A DNA stretch of 63,815 bases, the filler included, from Octopus bimaculoides (taxonomy: Eukaryota), in NCBI RefSeq assembly GCF_001194135.2. It is 4 parts of 4 records of this genome, joined end to end, with 100 filler letters (N's around TTAATTAATTAA, not from the genome) between each part and the next. Parts side by side here need not be neighbours in the genome. Positions count along the whole stretch, not along the records: positions 50,955 to 62,648 come from NC_068983.1; positions 62,749 to 63,815 come from NW_026345716.1; 2 more parts are not named here. One strand, written 5' to 3'. The notes beneath the pieces were generated by a model. That model searched no databases, was not told where the DNA came from, and saw nothing but the letters and a program-made list of their open reading frames with translations. A program made the translations under genes and the position numbers. Positions 62,526-63,815 of the stretch are shown here, piece by piece. Position 1 is the first letter of the stretch; each line of letters opens with the position of its first letter.

Positions 62526-63815
62526 GGTCCAACCTTCAGAGACTCCCTTACGTCCGATTTAAACAATCTGTCCAAATTACATTATTCATTTGAATAATTT
62601 CGTTTAGTGTTGACTGTCAGAAAAGAGAGAACGCAAGATATATATATANNNNNNNNNNNNNNNNNNNNNNNNNNNNNNNNNNNNNNNNNNNNTTAATTAA
62701 TTAANNNNNNNNNNNNNNNNNNNNNNNNNNNNNNNNNNNNNNNNNNNNAGTGTTGACAATTTTGAAGATAAATCAAAGTATATTTATTAAAATAAATGAG
62801 GAAATATTTGCATCTAAATTGCAAATAATCCATTGACAGAAATAATGTATTTCTGGAATGTTCTCCGAGGGACGATCCTACTGCTTTCTTACATGGTCTT
62901 CCACACTTTGGCATACAATAAGTCTGATGACTTATGCGCCGGAACGCAACTGATTCTTTTCCCTACGGAAATATACAAACAATGTAATGTCAGCGTTGCT
63001 AAAGAAGATGTACAGAAAGCGCCACATGTGAAAGTCCCGGTAGGTTATCCATGAATAATACTAACATTTTGTCTGATTTAGGCCATGAATTTGTGAAAAG
63101 ACGATGAGTTGATACCATCGACCCCTTGCTTGATTGCTTCATTATTTTATCGATCTGGAAAGGCTGAAACGCAAAGTTGACCATGTGTGGCGAATTTGAA
63201 CTTAGAATGTAAATAGTTGGAAAGAACTGTGGGGAGGGAGAGGAAGAGATGAGGAGGTAATGAGTAAAAGAATGTGAGATATGTGAGTAGGGGTGATATG
63301 AGAGAGGTGTATGAAGGGATGGGCAGAGAAAAGTTAAGGGTGTGGTGATACTGAAGTGAGTAAAATTTGAGGTGGCGGGAAGAATACAAGGATGCCAAAT
63401 TACTATAAAGAGACGTGTGTGATAGGTTACTGATAGGTAGGAATAGGTGGAAAGAATGTATATTTGCGAATATGTACACACACACACATGTATATAGACA
63501 CATACATATGCCTATACATATACACGCATATATATACACATGCAAGCTCACGCGCATCCATAGATGTATTCGTACACACATACAGTCAGGAAAGTGAACA
63601 GTGTAAGAGTCATGATATACATGTGTGCATGCGTATGCAGGAGATATCAGGTGTGGTGTTGGAGAACTTCAAGCAGCATAGAGGTTTTAAAGGATGCAAT
63701 ATCTCGGCAACTAACAACTGGTGCAGGTACTATTTTCCATTTTCAGCAACTCTGGTTGTGAAAAGGTGTTTCCGAAAGTAATGGGAGCTTTGCTGTTTTC
63801 TGACTTTGTAGGCAT

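Overview
AT-rich eukaryotic genomic scaffold with many N gaps, most flanked by (TA)n, (CA)n or (GA)n microsatellites. It is almost entirely non-coding and repeat-derived. The repeat make-up suggests a coleoid cephalopod, probably Octopus (inference). Retroelements: three tRNA-headed SINE families (my labels A, B, C) and decayed L1/Tx1, RTE, R4/Dong-like and Penelope elements. DNA transposons: a complete 2.18-kb Chapaev3-type element with 13-bp TIRs and a TTA TSD, a 3' fragment of a second Chapaev3 family, and Tc1/mariner-type MITEs. There are also two long inverted repeats. Almost all ORFs in the supplied track are gap or microsatellite artefacts or TE remnants. Host-gene signal is limited to two minus-strand candidates missing from, or only partly shown in, the ORF track: a Ser/Thr/Glu-rich exon with good splice sites (53142-53622) and an LRR-like coding island (34722-35036). 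I found no complete, clearly novel system. The best leads are the intact-ended Chapaev3, the ~98%-identical 169-bp foldback, a 1.5-kb insertion flanked by a 32-bp direct repeat inside an RTE, a vestigial minimal hammerhead ribozyme, and the candidate exon bracketed by inverted repeats. All family assignments come from hand translation and remembered motifs; no database search was run.
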